Below are positions 18,782 to 28,229 of a stretch of 64,000 bases of DNA, piece after piece. The translations under genes were made by a program, and so were the position numbers. The DNA is taken from the IMG/VR virus record IMGVR_UViG_3300032296_003714, positions 32,001 through 96,000 of that record; one strand, given 5' to 3'. The notes below the pieces were generated by a model. That model was not told the origin of the DNA and did not search any database. It saw only the letters and a program-made list of their open reading frames with translations. This DNA comes from a virus. The stretch's first letter is position 1; the number at the start of each line of letters is the position of its first letter.

Positions 18782-19444
18782 ATGATAGAAAATTTTTTAG
18801 GTGTAAACATATCTTATCCATATAATATTTTTACAGAATCAGAACTTTTTTTCTTATATGGTGTAATTTCATCGATTAATCCACAAAATATAGTCGAATT
18901 GGGAGGAGGGTCTCAAGGAATTTGTTCTAGCGTTTTCACAAAAGCACAGAAAAATAATCCTAAAGCTAAGCTTTTTTCCGTAGATATTTTAGAAATGAAA
19001 AAAAAATCCAATAATCATTTTTTACTTCAAAAAGATATAAATGATGTAACACCTGATGATATACATAATGAAAAAATAGATGTTGTTTTTTTTGATTCTC
19101 ATGGAGTAATTCCGCAATTAAACTTTTATAATAAAATGGTTAAATATAATTTAATTGATGACGACACACTTCTTATTTTACACGACACAAATTTATTTTA
19201 TGAACCAATAACAAGTATGTGTATCAATTCGAATGGTCACTTTGGTATGTTCACTGAAGAAGGTTATGCTCACCAATGGGTTGAAAGAAATCTTGTTAAT
19301 TATTTTAAATTAAAAGGTTATGATGTTTTTAGTTTATCTACAAAACCAGAAAATCATAATGAAAACCATCCATTACTTTTTGGTATTTCCGTTTGTAAAA
19401 AATTCAAAGTTTTAAATCCAATTTCTTTGGTTTATCCCGAATAA
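18782..19444 (+). CDS. Class I SAM-dependent methyltransferase
   Basis: PQNIVELGGG, LFSVDI, IDVVFFDSH, LILHDT. Confidence 0.75.
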   Translation: MIENFLGVNISYPYNIFTESELFFLYGVISSINPQNIVELGGGSQGICSSVFTKAQKNNPKAKLFSVDILEMKKKSNNHFLLQKDINDVTPDDIHNEKIDVVFFDSHGVIPQLNFYNKMVKYNLIDDDTLLILHDTNLFYEPITSMCINSNGHFGMFTEEGYAHQWVERNLVNYFKLKGYDVFSLSTKPENHNENHPLLFGISVCKKFKVLNPISLVYPE

Positions 19445-19458
19445 TTTTTATATTTATC

Positions 19459-19503
19459 AGAGAAGGTAAATTTCACATTTTGTGAAAGCTAATAGACCAC
19501 TCT
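19459..19503 (+). promoter_or_regulatory. Candidate structured 5' leader RNA of the DNA polymerase gene
   Basis: Inner stem TTTCACA/TGTGAAA; outer pairings GGT/ACC and AGAG/CTCT; lies between TATTTAT (19451) and the ATG (19515). Confidence 0.4.
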
Positions 19504-19514
19504 AAAAATATATT

Positions 19515-22292
19515 ATGATATCTAACGAAGAAATTGAATCGTTTCTGCATGGAAACGACCCCGAAGAATTTATTGTTGCAATTGAATTCGACTACGCATC
19601 TAACTCCATCTACAAAATCAAAGAGATTCCTGGTAAAGGGAAAGAAATAAGGAAGGACACATTCATACCATTCGCATGGGTTGGAGATTTAAAAGGTCTC
19701 AAGTTTTATAATGATTCCAAAGGAGCTCAAAAAGAAGCCATGACCAAATACGGTATCATGATTGAAAAACTTGAAACTGCGGGAAATGAAAGGCTTGAGA
19801 AAGGAATGACTTTCATGGTTAAATCTCTAAAAGGTTATAGAGAGCTTATTCAGTTTTTTAGAGATGGTGGTTGTGACCCTTGGGGTGACAAGACGAAAGA
19901 TAAAATCACAATTCTACCTCCTGTAGAACAATATCTTATTTCAAAAGAGAAAAGACTATTCAAGGGATTTGAAGACTACAATCAAGTTACCAGACTTGTA
20001 TATGACTTGGAGACAACTTCATTGGAACCAAAAGATGGTCGTATTTTTATGATTGGAATTAAGACTAACAAGGGTTATCACAGAGTTATTGAGTGTATGG
20101 ATGAATCCCAAGAAAGAGGTGCAATTATTGAGTTTTTCAATATAATAGATGAAATAAAACCAAGTATTATTGGTGGTTATAACTCCGCAAACTTCGACTG
20201 GCATTGGATATTCGAAAGATGTTCAATTCTAAAGATTGACCCAAGAAAGGTTTGTAAATCATTACACCCCCAACATTCATTCACAAGAAAAGATAGTATG
20301 TTGAAGTTGGCGAATGAGGTAGAATCTTATGTTCAAACTTCAATATGGGGTTATAATGTTATTGATATTATTCATGCAGTAAGAAGAGCACAAGCAATTA
20401 ATTCTAGCATCAAGTCTGCGGGTTTGAAGTATATTACCAAATATATCAACGCTGAAGCTGCTGACCGTGTATACATTGACCATTTGGATATTGGAAAGAT
20501 GTATGTAAACAAAGAAGAGTTTTGGTTGAACATACAAAACGGTAAATACAGGAAGATTGGTGTTGACCCCAAGATTGATGCAATTTGTGAGAAAAGAACT
20601 GATGTTTATATTAAGACCACAGGAGACAATCTTGTCGAGAGATATCTTGACGATGACTTGGAAGAAACTTTGAAAGTTGACCAAGAGTTTAACCAAGGTT
20701 CATTTCTTCTAGCTGCGATGATTCCAACAACATATGAGAGGGTATCGACTATGGGTACCGCAACTTTGTGGAAGATGTTGATGTTGGCGTGGTCTTATAA
20801 ACACAAACTTGCAATTCCCGCCAAACAGGACAAGACAGACTTCGTAGGAGGTCTTTCCCGACTACTTAAGGTTGGTTATAGTAAGAATGTACTGAAGCTC
20901 GACTTCTCGTCTCTATACCCCTCAATTCAGCTCGTACATGATGTTTTTCCTGATTGTGATGTGACGGGTGCAATGAAAGGTATGTTAAAGTGGTTTCGTG
21001 ATACTCGTATCAAATACAAACAACTTGCTGAACAATACTATGAGACTGATAAAAAGAAGTCAGAATCATATGGTAATAAACAATTACCGATTAAAATATT
21101 CATCAACTCCATGTTCGGTGCTTTGTCCGCTCCACAAGTATTTGCATGGGGAGATATGTACATGGGTGAACAGATTACTTGCACAGGTAGACAGTATCTT
21201 CGTCAGATGATTAGGTTCTTCATGTCAAAAGGATATACCCCACTTGTGATGGATACAGACGGTGTGAACTTCTCAAGTCCTGATGATGTTAACGAAAGAA
21301 AATACATTGGTCGTGGTTTGAATTGGAAAGTTAAATTGGGTAAGGAATACACAGGACCTGAGGCTGATGTTGCTGAGTATAATGATATATTCATGAGGGG
21401 TGAGATGGCTCTTGATACTGACGGTGTTTGGCCTTCTTGTATTAACCTTGCTCGTAAGAACTATGCGGTTATGGACGCCAAAGGAAAGATTAAACTTACA
21501 GGTAATAGTATTAAGTCAAAGAAGCTTCCGATATACATTGAAGATTTCTTGGACAAAGGAATTAAGATGTTACTTGAGGGTGATGGTAAAGCCTTTGTCG
21601 AGTACTACTACGAATACCTACAAAAGATATATGACAAGAAGATACCTCTCGCAAAGATTGCACAAAGAGCGAAGGTTAAGTTGACATTAGATGATTATAA
21701 AAAGAGGTTGAATCAAAAAACAAAAGCGGGTAATAGTATGTCAAGAATGGCTCACATGGAACTTGCCTTGAAGGAAAACCTTAATGTTAATTTGGGTGAT
21801 GTTATCATGTATGTTAATAACGGAACTAAAGCATCACAAGGAGACGTTCAGAAGATGACGGCAAAACAGATTAAAGATACTAATGCTGTTTTACTTCATG
21901 AAAACCCTAGAGCGAAACCGATTACTGAAGGTGTTATGGTTAATTGTTATATGTTAAATTCTAACATTCTTGAAACAAATCCTGATTTGACGGGTGATTA
22001 CAATGTACCAAGAGCAATCACAACATTCAACAAGCGTATTGAACCACTTCTTGTTGTATTCAAACAAGAAATAAGAGATGGTTTACTTGTTGATAATCCT
22101 GATGATAGGGGAATATTCACAACATCACAATGTGAACTTATTAATGGACAACCATTTGAAGAAGGGGACCAAGATAGTTTGGATGAAGTTATGTCACTTT
22201 CTGAGGGTGAGGTGAAGTATTGGGAAAAAAGAGGTTTGAATTCTGATTATATGTATGAATTGGCCGAAGAGGGTTGGGAACAAAAATTATGA
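19515..22292 (+). CDS. polB: Family B DNA polymerase with 3'-5' exonuclease
   Basis: ExoI YDLET, ExoII GYNSANFD; motif A LDFSSLYPS, motif B KIFINSMFG, motif C MDTDG, RKNYA. Confidence 0.95.
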   Translation: MISNEEIESFLHGNDPEEFIVAIEFDYASNSIYKIKEIPGKGKEIRKDTFIPFAWVGDLKGLKFYNDSKGAQKEAMTKYGIMIEKLETAGNERLEKGMTFMVKSLKGYRELIQFFRDGGCDPWGDKTKDKITILPPVEQYLISKEKRLFKGFEDYNQVTRLVYDLETTSLEPKDGRIFMIGIKTNKGYHRVIECMDESQERGAIIEFFNIIDEIKPSIIGGYNSANFDWHWIFERCSILKIDPRKVCKSLHPQHSFTRKDSMLKLANEVESYVQTSIWGYNVIDIIHAVRRAQAINSSIKSAGLKYITKYINAEAADRVYIDHLDIGKMYVNKEEFWLNIQNGKYRKIGVDPKIDAICEKRTDVYIKTTGDNLVERYLDDDLEETLKVDQEFNQGSFLLAAMIPTTYERVSTMGTATLWKMLMLAWSYKHKLAIPAKQDKTDFVGGLSRLLKVGYSKNVLKLDFSSLYPSIQLVHDVFPDCDVTGAMKGMLKWFRDTRIKYKQLAEQYYETDKKKSESYGNKQLPIKIFINSMFGALSAPQVFAWGDMYMGEQITCTGRQYLRQMIRFFMSKGYTPLVMDTDGVNFSSPDDVNERKYIGRGLNWKVKLGKEYTGPEADVAEYNDIFMRGEMALDTDGVWPSCINLARKNYAVMDAKGKIKLTGNSIKSKKLPIYIEDFLDKGIKMLLEGDGKAFVEYYYEYLQKIYDKKIPLAKIAQRAKVKLTLDDYKKRLNQKTKAGNSMSRMAHMELALKENLNVNLGDVIMYVNNGTKASQGDVQKMTAKQIKDTNAVLLHENPRAKPITEGVMVNCYMLNSNILETNPDLTGDYNVPRAITTFNKRIEPLLVVFKQEIRDGLLVDNPDDRGIFTTSQCELINGQPFEEGDQDSLDEVMSLSEGEVKYWEKRGLNSDYMYELAEEGWEQKL

Positions 22293-22622
22293 TTGTTTCA
22301 ACCCGTCAGATGATAAAATGTACCAATTACCACCACAAAATCTAAATTCAACACACGCACCACGGTCCATTTCAATCTCATCGAATTCCTCATCAATTCT
22401 TCCCACATCTGGTTTTATTACCATATGAGTTAATGCCTTAACTACTGTGTGGTCTGTTGTTCTTGAATCTAAAGTAATTGTACTTGATGGTACACCTTTT
22501 ACAATTACACAATCTTCTCCTTGAGTGGAGTATTCTGATTCTGAAACTATTGATACTTCAGAAGTGTTAAGTATTCTACCGTGAATTATTCTTTGTGATG
22601 GGATAGTTTTGATTATTGCCAT
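22287..22622 (-). CDS. Hypothetical small beta-rich protein (possibly structural)
   Basis: ORF downstream of the neck gene; probable start MAIIK at 22622; convergent overlap with the polB stop. Confidence 0.6.
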   Translation of the reverse strand: MAIIKTIPSQRIIHGRILNTSEVSIVSESEYSTQGEDCVIVKGVPSSTITLDSRTTDHTVVKALTHMVIKPDVGRIDEEFDEIEMDRGACVEFRFCGGNWYILSSDGLKQS

Positions 22623-22628
22623 AAACAA

Positions 22629-23750
22629 TTATATTACATAAATTTGTCTTGGGAAAGCGTGAAACTTCAGTTGTTTATTTAAGTTTTCAGCAATTAATGC
22701 TTCTTTTTCCATTTGTTTTTCAGGTCTCAATCTTTCCAATCTTAATTTAAGTTCTTCCTCAAGTTTTGATTTTTCGTCTTTAGATTCTGTCAACAAACTT
22801 GTGTAATCCATTTGTATTTCAGAGTCTGGTGTTTTGAGATTACCTGAATATTTTCCTCTTACTCTGGCTAATGTTTCTTTAACATAAGCAGTAAACCATC
22901 TTCTAACCCATTGTTTTGCTGGGTCATTTAAATCAGCCCACTCAAGAGTCCCAATAGGAACATCTGTAGGTAGTTTAATTATATCAGGGTTTTGTTTTAA
23001 ACAGTCGTTTCTATCTTTTCCTGTTGTATCGTAATACCAATACCAAACTTGCTTTCCTGCATACATGCTATAATTTGACCAATTAAACCTACCTCCCGGA
23101 GTGTTCATCAAATGAACTAATTTCTTTCCGTCAGGTAAACCTGTTATTCTATAAGTTAAACTACCACCTAAAATTCTATTCAAAATGTTTGCCTCTTGGG
23201 CTCTTAACAAATAATCAAAACCTGACATCATAAAGTAAGAACCTTGATATCCAAATTGAGCATACCCTGCTTGGTTAGCACCAAGACCAATACCATCGAA
23301 ACCAAATCCACCACCAACACCACCGAGTCCAAACATTGTCCAAGGTTGGTTACTGAACCATAATAGTTCGTTCACCTCTCTACCGGCGGGTATTTCATAT
23401 AATTGTGTGTTTGCACTAAGGGTGAAATAATCTTTCTTTAATACCCAAGGACCTACTGTTTGTAGACCTACAATCTTAGAATATGAATATTGAAACTGTT
23501 GTTCAAAGTTCATTGTTCTTGTAATCAACGCGTTTGCCACGGATTGATTGTTCATATCAAGATTAACAAGATTTACCCACTGTGATTCGATAAGCCAATC
23601 CAAAATGTATTGTTGATAATCTCCAATAGATAATTCCATTAGAGAATCCATCATTTCGTCTTGTATTTCAACACTCCTAATAGGAGCACCTAACAAGTGT
23701 TTAATTCTTGTATAAATCTGACTTCTTTCTGGTTCTGCTATAACTGACAT
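22629..23750 (-). CDS. Neck / head-tail adaptor protein (T4 gp13-like)
   Basis: N-terminal HLLGAP-xx-VEI; C-terminal WVRRWFTAYVKETLARVRGKYSG. Confidence 0.7.
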   Translation of the reverse strand: MSVIAEPERSQIYTRIKHLLGAPIRSVEIQDEMMDSLMELSIGDYQQYILDWLIESQWVNLVNLDMNNQSVANALITRTMNFEQQFQYSYSKIVGLQTVGPWVLKKDYFTLSANTQLYEIPAGREVNELLWFSNQPWTMFGLGGVGGGFGFDGIGLGANQAGYAQFGYQGSYFMMSGFDYLLRAQEANILNRILGGSLTYRITGLPDGKKLVHLMNTPGGRFNWSNYSMYAGKQVWYWYYDTTGKDRNDCLKQNPDIIKLPTDVPIGTLEWADLNDPAKQWVRRWFTAYVKETLARVRGKYSGNLKTPDSEIQMDYTSLLTESKDEKSKLEEELKLRLERLRPEKQMEKEALIAENLNKQLKFHAFPRQIYVI

Positions 23751-23767
23751 ACCTATAAATATGTTAG

Positions 23768-25516
23768 TTATCTCATTTCATTAATTTTATTCATTATCTC
23801 TTCAACGAAGTCTGCATCATTTAAATTGTCACCCATTACAGTGGCAATAACTTGTTTTTTTGCAATTAAAATATCATAAATTAAACCTTCAATTGTGTTT
23901 TCAAATAGTGGGTAATAAACCAAAACATTATTTTTTTGACCGATACGATACGCCCTATCCTCAGCTTGTGAGTGGTCTGAAGGTAAAAAAGACAAATCGT
24001 TCATTATAACAGCTTCGGCTGCGGTCAAAGTAATACCAACACCCGCAGCTTTTATATTACCAACAAAAACTTTTACCTTATCGTTTTCTTGAAATTGGTC
24101 TACACTATTTTGTCTTTCTATTTTAGACATTGACCCATCCACTTTTACAGCTTGTTTACCAAAATGGTTAACAATCTGATTAAGTGAGTCTGTAAAATTA
24201 CAGAATATGATAACTTTTTTATCTTGTTCAATAATATTTTCCGATAACTCTATAGTCTGTTGTATTTTTTCATTTGCAATTACTTGTCTAACTTTAGTCA
24301 GTTTTGTAAATTGAACAGTTAAAGATTTTGATTCTTCAGGGTTGCTTCTATACCATTCAAAATATTCCCCCATTAATTCTTCGTAAGCTTTAGATTTTAA
24401 TCTCAAGTAAACAGGAGTAATGATTTTATCAGGTAAATCCAAAACATCTTCTTTCAATCTTCTTAGTATTGTACCTGATGTTCTGTCTCTTAATTCCTCT
24501 AAGTTTGATGAACCCATCACATTCCAAACTTTTCTTGGTCCTACTTTAAATTGATATCCTGAACAATATCGTATTACGTAAGCCATCCAATTTTTTGCAA
24601 CAGGAGAATCAACTAAACTAAGAAGGTTATAGTAATCAATAGGTCGTGATGTCATCGGTGTTCCTGTCAACAACCACAATCTTTCAATATCTTTAACAAT
24701 ATCATTAATTAATTTTGTTCTTTGGGCTTGAGCATTTTTTATGTAATGAGCTTCGTCAACAATAACCAAATCAAAATCCGCTTTCAAAATTTGAGAATCG
24801 GTTTTCTTTTTTGTATCGTGAAAGTTTTTGATGATATCATAATTGATAATTACAAAATCATGTTCAGTACTAAAATTTTTACTCTCCGCAATATAGACAG
24901 GTCTGTCAGTGTAGTTTTCTATCTCCCTTTTCCAGTTTATTTTCAGAGTTGCAGGACAAATGATTAGTATTTTTTTTGCCTTCGTTTCCAAAGCAGCAAT
25001 AATGGTACTTGTAGTTTTACCAAGGCCCATATCGTCAGCGAGAATAAATTTTTTATTCTCAACCAACTTTTGAATAGACTCTTTTTGATGTTCCATTGGA
25101 GGTCTGTTCTTATACTTTGAATAATCAATAACAACATTTTTAACGGTGTTATCTTTAATCAAAGATGCTTTCGGAACCCAAAAATCACTTAGTTCTCCAT
25201 CTTGAAAAAATTTTCCCCAAACATGATAAGCTTTATCACTCTCGGCCAATAATTTTTCTATCCATATTTTTTCGGGAACTACTGTTAGAAGTTTATCATT
25301 AGCAAATTTCTGTGCAAAGTAAGCGTCAAGAACAACCCATTTTTTTGCAACTTTGGGGTTCTTATTATGGTTATTTAAAATGTATTCGGATTGACTTCTA
25401 GTCGGATAAAACTTTCGGTTTATCTGTGATTTTCTTTTTAGTTCTATAATATAATTGTTAGAACCTTCGTAAGATTCAAGTATGTCTAATGCCTTTGACT
25501 CTAACGTTTGTTCCAT
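23768..25516 (-). CDS. SNF2-family helicase/translocase (SMARCAL1/HARP-like)
   Basis: LADDMGLGKT, IVDEAH, LTGTP, LRRLKEDV, AAGVGITL, QAEDRAYRIGQ. Confidence 0.92.
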   Translation of the reverse strand: MEQTLESKALDILESYEGSNNYIIELKRKSQINRKFYPTRSQSEYILNNHNKNPKVAKKWVVLDAYFAQKFANDKLLTVVPEKIWIEKLLAESDKAYHVWGKFFQDGELSDFWVPKASLIKDNTVKNVVIDYSKYKNRPPMEHQKESIQKLVENKKFILADDMGLGKTTSTIIAALETKAKKILIICPATLKINWKREIENYTDRPVYIAESKNFSTEHDFVIINYDIIKNFHDTKKKTDSQILKADFDLVIVDEAHYIKNAQAQRTKLINDIVKDIERLWLLTGTPMTSRPIDYYNLLSLVDSPVAKNWMAYVIRYCSGYQFKVGPRKVWNVMGSSNLEELRDRTSGTILRRLKEDVLDLPDKIITPVYLRLKSKAYEELMGEYFEWYRSNPEESKSLTVQFTKLTKVRQVIANEKIQQTIELSENIIEQDKKVIIFCNFTDSLNQIVNHFGKQAVKVDGSMSKIERQNSVDQFQENDKVKVFVGNIKAAGVGITLTAAEAVIMNDLSFLPSDHSQAEDRAYRIGQKNNVLVYYPLFENTIEGLIYDILIAKKQVIATVMGDNLNDADFVEEIMNKINEMR

Positions 25517-25518
25517 AA

Positions 25519-25917
25519 TTACTTAACCTCAGTATGAGTTCTCCCATCGAGCCAATATCCATCACCACCATAATATGTTAATATTTCTTCATATGGGTTT
25601 ATGTTTTTGAGGGCAAAAAATTCAAAAGTTTCATTTGTTAAATTTGACCTCCATCCGGCATTTGGTGTATTAGAATGATTATACAAGGAACCCCAACCCC
25701 AAGCAATAACTTGTTTATCCCAAAAATCAGTACCTTGTGGCCAGTTAAATCTATAATCGATGAGAATATCACTAACTTGACCCTTAGGTATTTTTAGGTC
25801 ATGAATTGGACACTCCTCGATAATCTCACCCTCAATTATAAAAGTATTTGCAAAAACACCTAGTCCATGTATTTTACTTTTAGATATAAAAATTTTTGTG
25901 GGGGGAAATATTCTCAT
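25519..25917 (-). CDS. SET-domain protein-lysine methyltransferase (minimal, vSET-like)
   Basis: SKIHGLGVFA, GEIIEECP, GSLYNHSNTPN, EEILTYYG...YW. Confidence 0.88.
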   Translation of the reverse strand: MRIFPPTKIFISKSKIHGLGVFANTFIIEGEIIEECPIHDLKIPKGQVSDILIDYRFNWPQGTDFWDKQVIAWGWGSLYNHSNTPNAGWRSNLTNETFEFFALKNINPYEEILTYYGGDGYWLDGRTHTEVK

Positions 25918-25966
25918 AGTTTTTGTGTTAAATATATAAAGAAATTAAGTATTTATCAAATATACT

Positions 25967-26482
25967 ATGCAAGAAAAATTAGTTCCAATAACAAGGTTAG
26001 GTAGATTCTTCGGAGGAGAAGACTATGCTTTGGACATTGATATGGGTCAGGAATGGCTTGAGGGTGATATGAACTTCACGGTTGTATTATACCGTGTTGA
26101 TAGATATAAAACCAAAACAGATGATGTTTATGGTGAGGCTGTTTCCGATGGGATACAGTTCCTTCCTCCAGTAGAACTTAAAGGGTATGTTCAAATTTTA
26201 GCTCCAACAAATCAAAGAGTTGGTCAAAGTAAAGTTGAATTGGATGAACCGGGTAACATGAGGTTTTCCATATATCAAAAGTATTTGGATGACTTACAGG
26301 TCGATATTGCTTTTGGTGATTATGTAGGATATTACGAAACTGAAACTAGAGTTAGATATTACAGTGTTGCGGATGATGGAAGGGTTGTTTCAGATAATAA
26401 ACATACTTACGGTGGATATAGACCATTCTATAGAACAATAGTCGCCACACCAGTAAGTCAAAATGAATTCAGAGGTTTATGA
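25967..26482 (+). CDS. Head closure / neck protein (gp14-like)
   Basis: VVLYRVD...DDVYGEA, with size and position typical of head-closure genes. Confidence 0.5.
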   Translation: MQEKLVPITRLGRFFGGEDYALDIDMGQEWLEGDMNFTVVLYRVDRYKTKTDDVYGEAVSDGIQFLPPVELKGYVQILAPTNQRVGQSKVELDEPGNMRFSIYQKYLDDLQVDIAFGDYVGYYETETRVRYYSVADDGRVVSDNKHTYGGYRPFYRTIVATPVSQNEFRGL

Positions 26483-26898
26483 TTATTCTAATATCAGAAT
26501 CACAAAAAGATGTTTTGAGGAAAAACATAATTGGACAAAAAGTTATGGTATATTACAATCTACATAAACATACTTTTTCTGTGCAAAAAAATGGAATAGT
26601 TGTTTTACATGCCGATTTTTTGAAATTATCTGATGTTGAATTCAGAGTTAGAAAGGGTGGGTTAGAAAAAGTAAGAAAAGAAAAAGTTAAGAATGTTCAT
26701 GCGTTTGTTATTGGAACATTAGAAGATTTTTGTGAGTTCCCATGTCCTGATATTCCACAAGACATGGAAGGAGAGATTATATCATATAATCCATATAAAC
26801 ATGATAGCTTTGTTGTTAAGTCAACACAAGAACCAATATTTCATGGTGATGAGGTAAATATGGTTAATAGTCATAATAAAATTTATTTATTAAAATAA
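26479..26898 (+). CDS. Conserved phage hypothetical protein
   Basis: VYYNLHK..FSV...KNVHAFV.G...YNPYK pattern; N-terminal IILISESQ. Confidence 0.65.
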   Translation: MIILISESQKDVLRKNIIGQKVMVYYNLHKHTFSVQKNGIVVLHADFLKLSDVEFRVRKGGLEKVRKEKVKNVHAFVIGTLEDFCEFPCPDIPQDMEGEIISYNPYKHDSFVVKSTQEPIFHGDEVNMVNSHNKIYLLK

Positions 26899-26899
26899 C

Positions 26900-27943
26900 A
26901 TGGCGTTTCCTGTACAAATAAAAAAATCACTCCCTTTAGTTCCCAACAAAACTTTATACGCAAGAAGGGAACAACTTAAGGATTACATTAACAAAGACGG
27001 TACGTACTTACCTCAATCTGTTTTGCATGCAGATTTAGATAGAGGCATGTTAGATTTTGTTAAGAATGATTTGAAGTTGGTTACCTCAGGAAAGATTGTT
27101 CCAATGATTGATACAATCATAACAACTCAAAACTGGTCACAATTTGCAGAAACGTGGAGTTTTGTTGACCAAGATTTCAATGTCAGTGTTCCATTCATTA
27201 CAGTTGTTAGACAACCTGAAGTTAAATATGGTACAAACCCATCACTACAATGGACTATCCCAAATAGAAAAGAATTTTACTATGCCTCCGTACCAACATG
27301 GAACGGTAATCAAGAAGGCATGGACATTTATAAAATACCACAACCAGTTCCTGTTGATATCACATATAATGTGAGAATTGTTTGTAACAGAATGAGGGAA
27401 TTAAATGGGTTTAATAAAACTGTTCTTCAGAAATTTTCTTCAAGGCAAGCATATACTTTTATCAAAGGTCAATATGTTCCAATTATAATGAATTCAGTAA
27501 GTGATGAAAGTATATCAGATTTGGATAAGAGAAAATATTATGTTCAAAATTATGATTTCACTATGCTTGGTTATCTTATTGATGAAGATGAGTTCGAAGT
27601 TAAACCGGCAATATCCAGAATTTTACAAGTTATGGAAATAGAGGGGTACACCCCTGTCGGAAAAAAGAATGAACTATATCCAAAAAACCCTGATTTGTTT
27701 ACCCAAGAATTTTTGTTTGTTACCGGTAATACTATGTTAAGTGATATAATGGACTATATGGTAAACATGACTGTAGACTCAACTACAAACGTATCAAGTT
27801 ATGATGTTTATATTAACAACCAATATTATGGTACCGATGTTAATGAAATATTAATTAACACGAACGATGTACTTAGGGTTGAGGTTGTAAAAACAGACAA
27901 CTCTTTGGAGTCAAAAATTTTATTTACAAACAAGTTACTTTAA
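26900..27943 (+). CDS. Tail completion / terminator-like protein (gp15-like)
   Basis: VPFITVVR, PQPVPVDITYNVRI, FTMLGYL; lies upstream of the sheath gene. Confidence 0.5.
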   Translation: MAFPVQIKKSLPLVPNKTLYARREQLKDYINKDGTYLPQSVLHADLDRGMLDFVKNDLKLVTSGKIVPMIDTIITTQNWSQFAETWSFVDQDFNVSVPFITVVRQPEVKYGTNPSLQWTIPNRKEFYYASVPTWNGNQEGMDIYKIPQPVPVDITYNVRIVCNRMRELNGFNKTVLQKFSSRQAYTFIKGQYVPIIMNSVSDESISDLDKRKYYVQNYDFTMLGYLIDEDEFEVKPAISRILQVMEIEGYTPVGKKNELYPKNPDLFTQEFLFVTGNTMLSDIMDYMVNMTVDSTTNVSSYDVYINNQYYGTDVNEILINTNDVLRVEVVKTDNSLESKILFTNKLL

Positions 27944-28107
27944 TTTTCTCCGTAGATATCTTTCTTCTCTTTACACTTTTCAAGAATTAATTGTTCAAGA
28001 AATTTATAAATTTTTATACCTTTCTTGTCACAATATTTTTTCAGTACTTTGTGTACATCCTCAGATATTTTAATGTTTTTTATTTTGTTGTCGTATAGTT
28101 TACCCAT
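27940..28107 (-). CDS. Small ribbon-helix-helix DNA-binding protein (not in the supplied ORF track)
   Basis: Manual translation MGKLYDNKIKNIKISEDVHKVLKKYCDKKGIKIYKFLEQLILEKCKEKKDIYGEN* (55 aa): beta-strand KNIKIS, helix, G turn, helix. Confidence 0.7.
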   Translation of the reverse strand: MGKLYDNKIKNIKISEDVHKVLKKYCDKKGIKIYKFLEQLILEKCKEKKDIYGEN

Positions 28108-28229
28108 AAAAGATAAAAAAGGCAGAATATATTCATACTAAATACAAATAGATTATAAAAAGTAAAGTTTTTTCATTCGTTATCTAATATTTATGAATAA
28201 AAATAAATCTTTTTTAGAAACCAATAATA

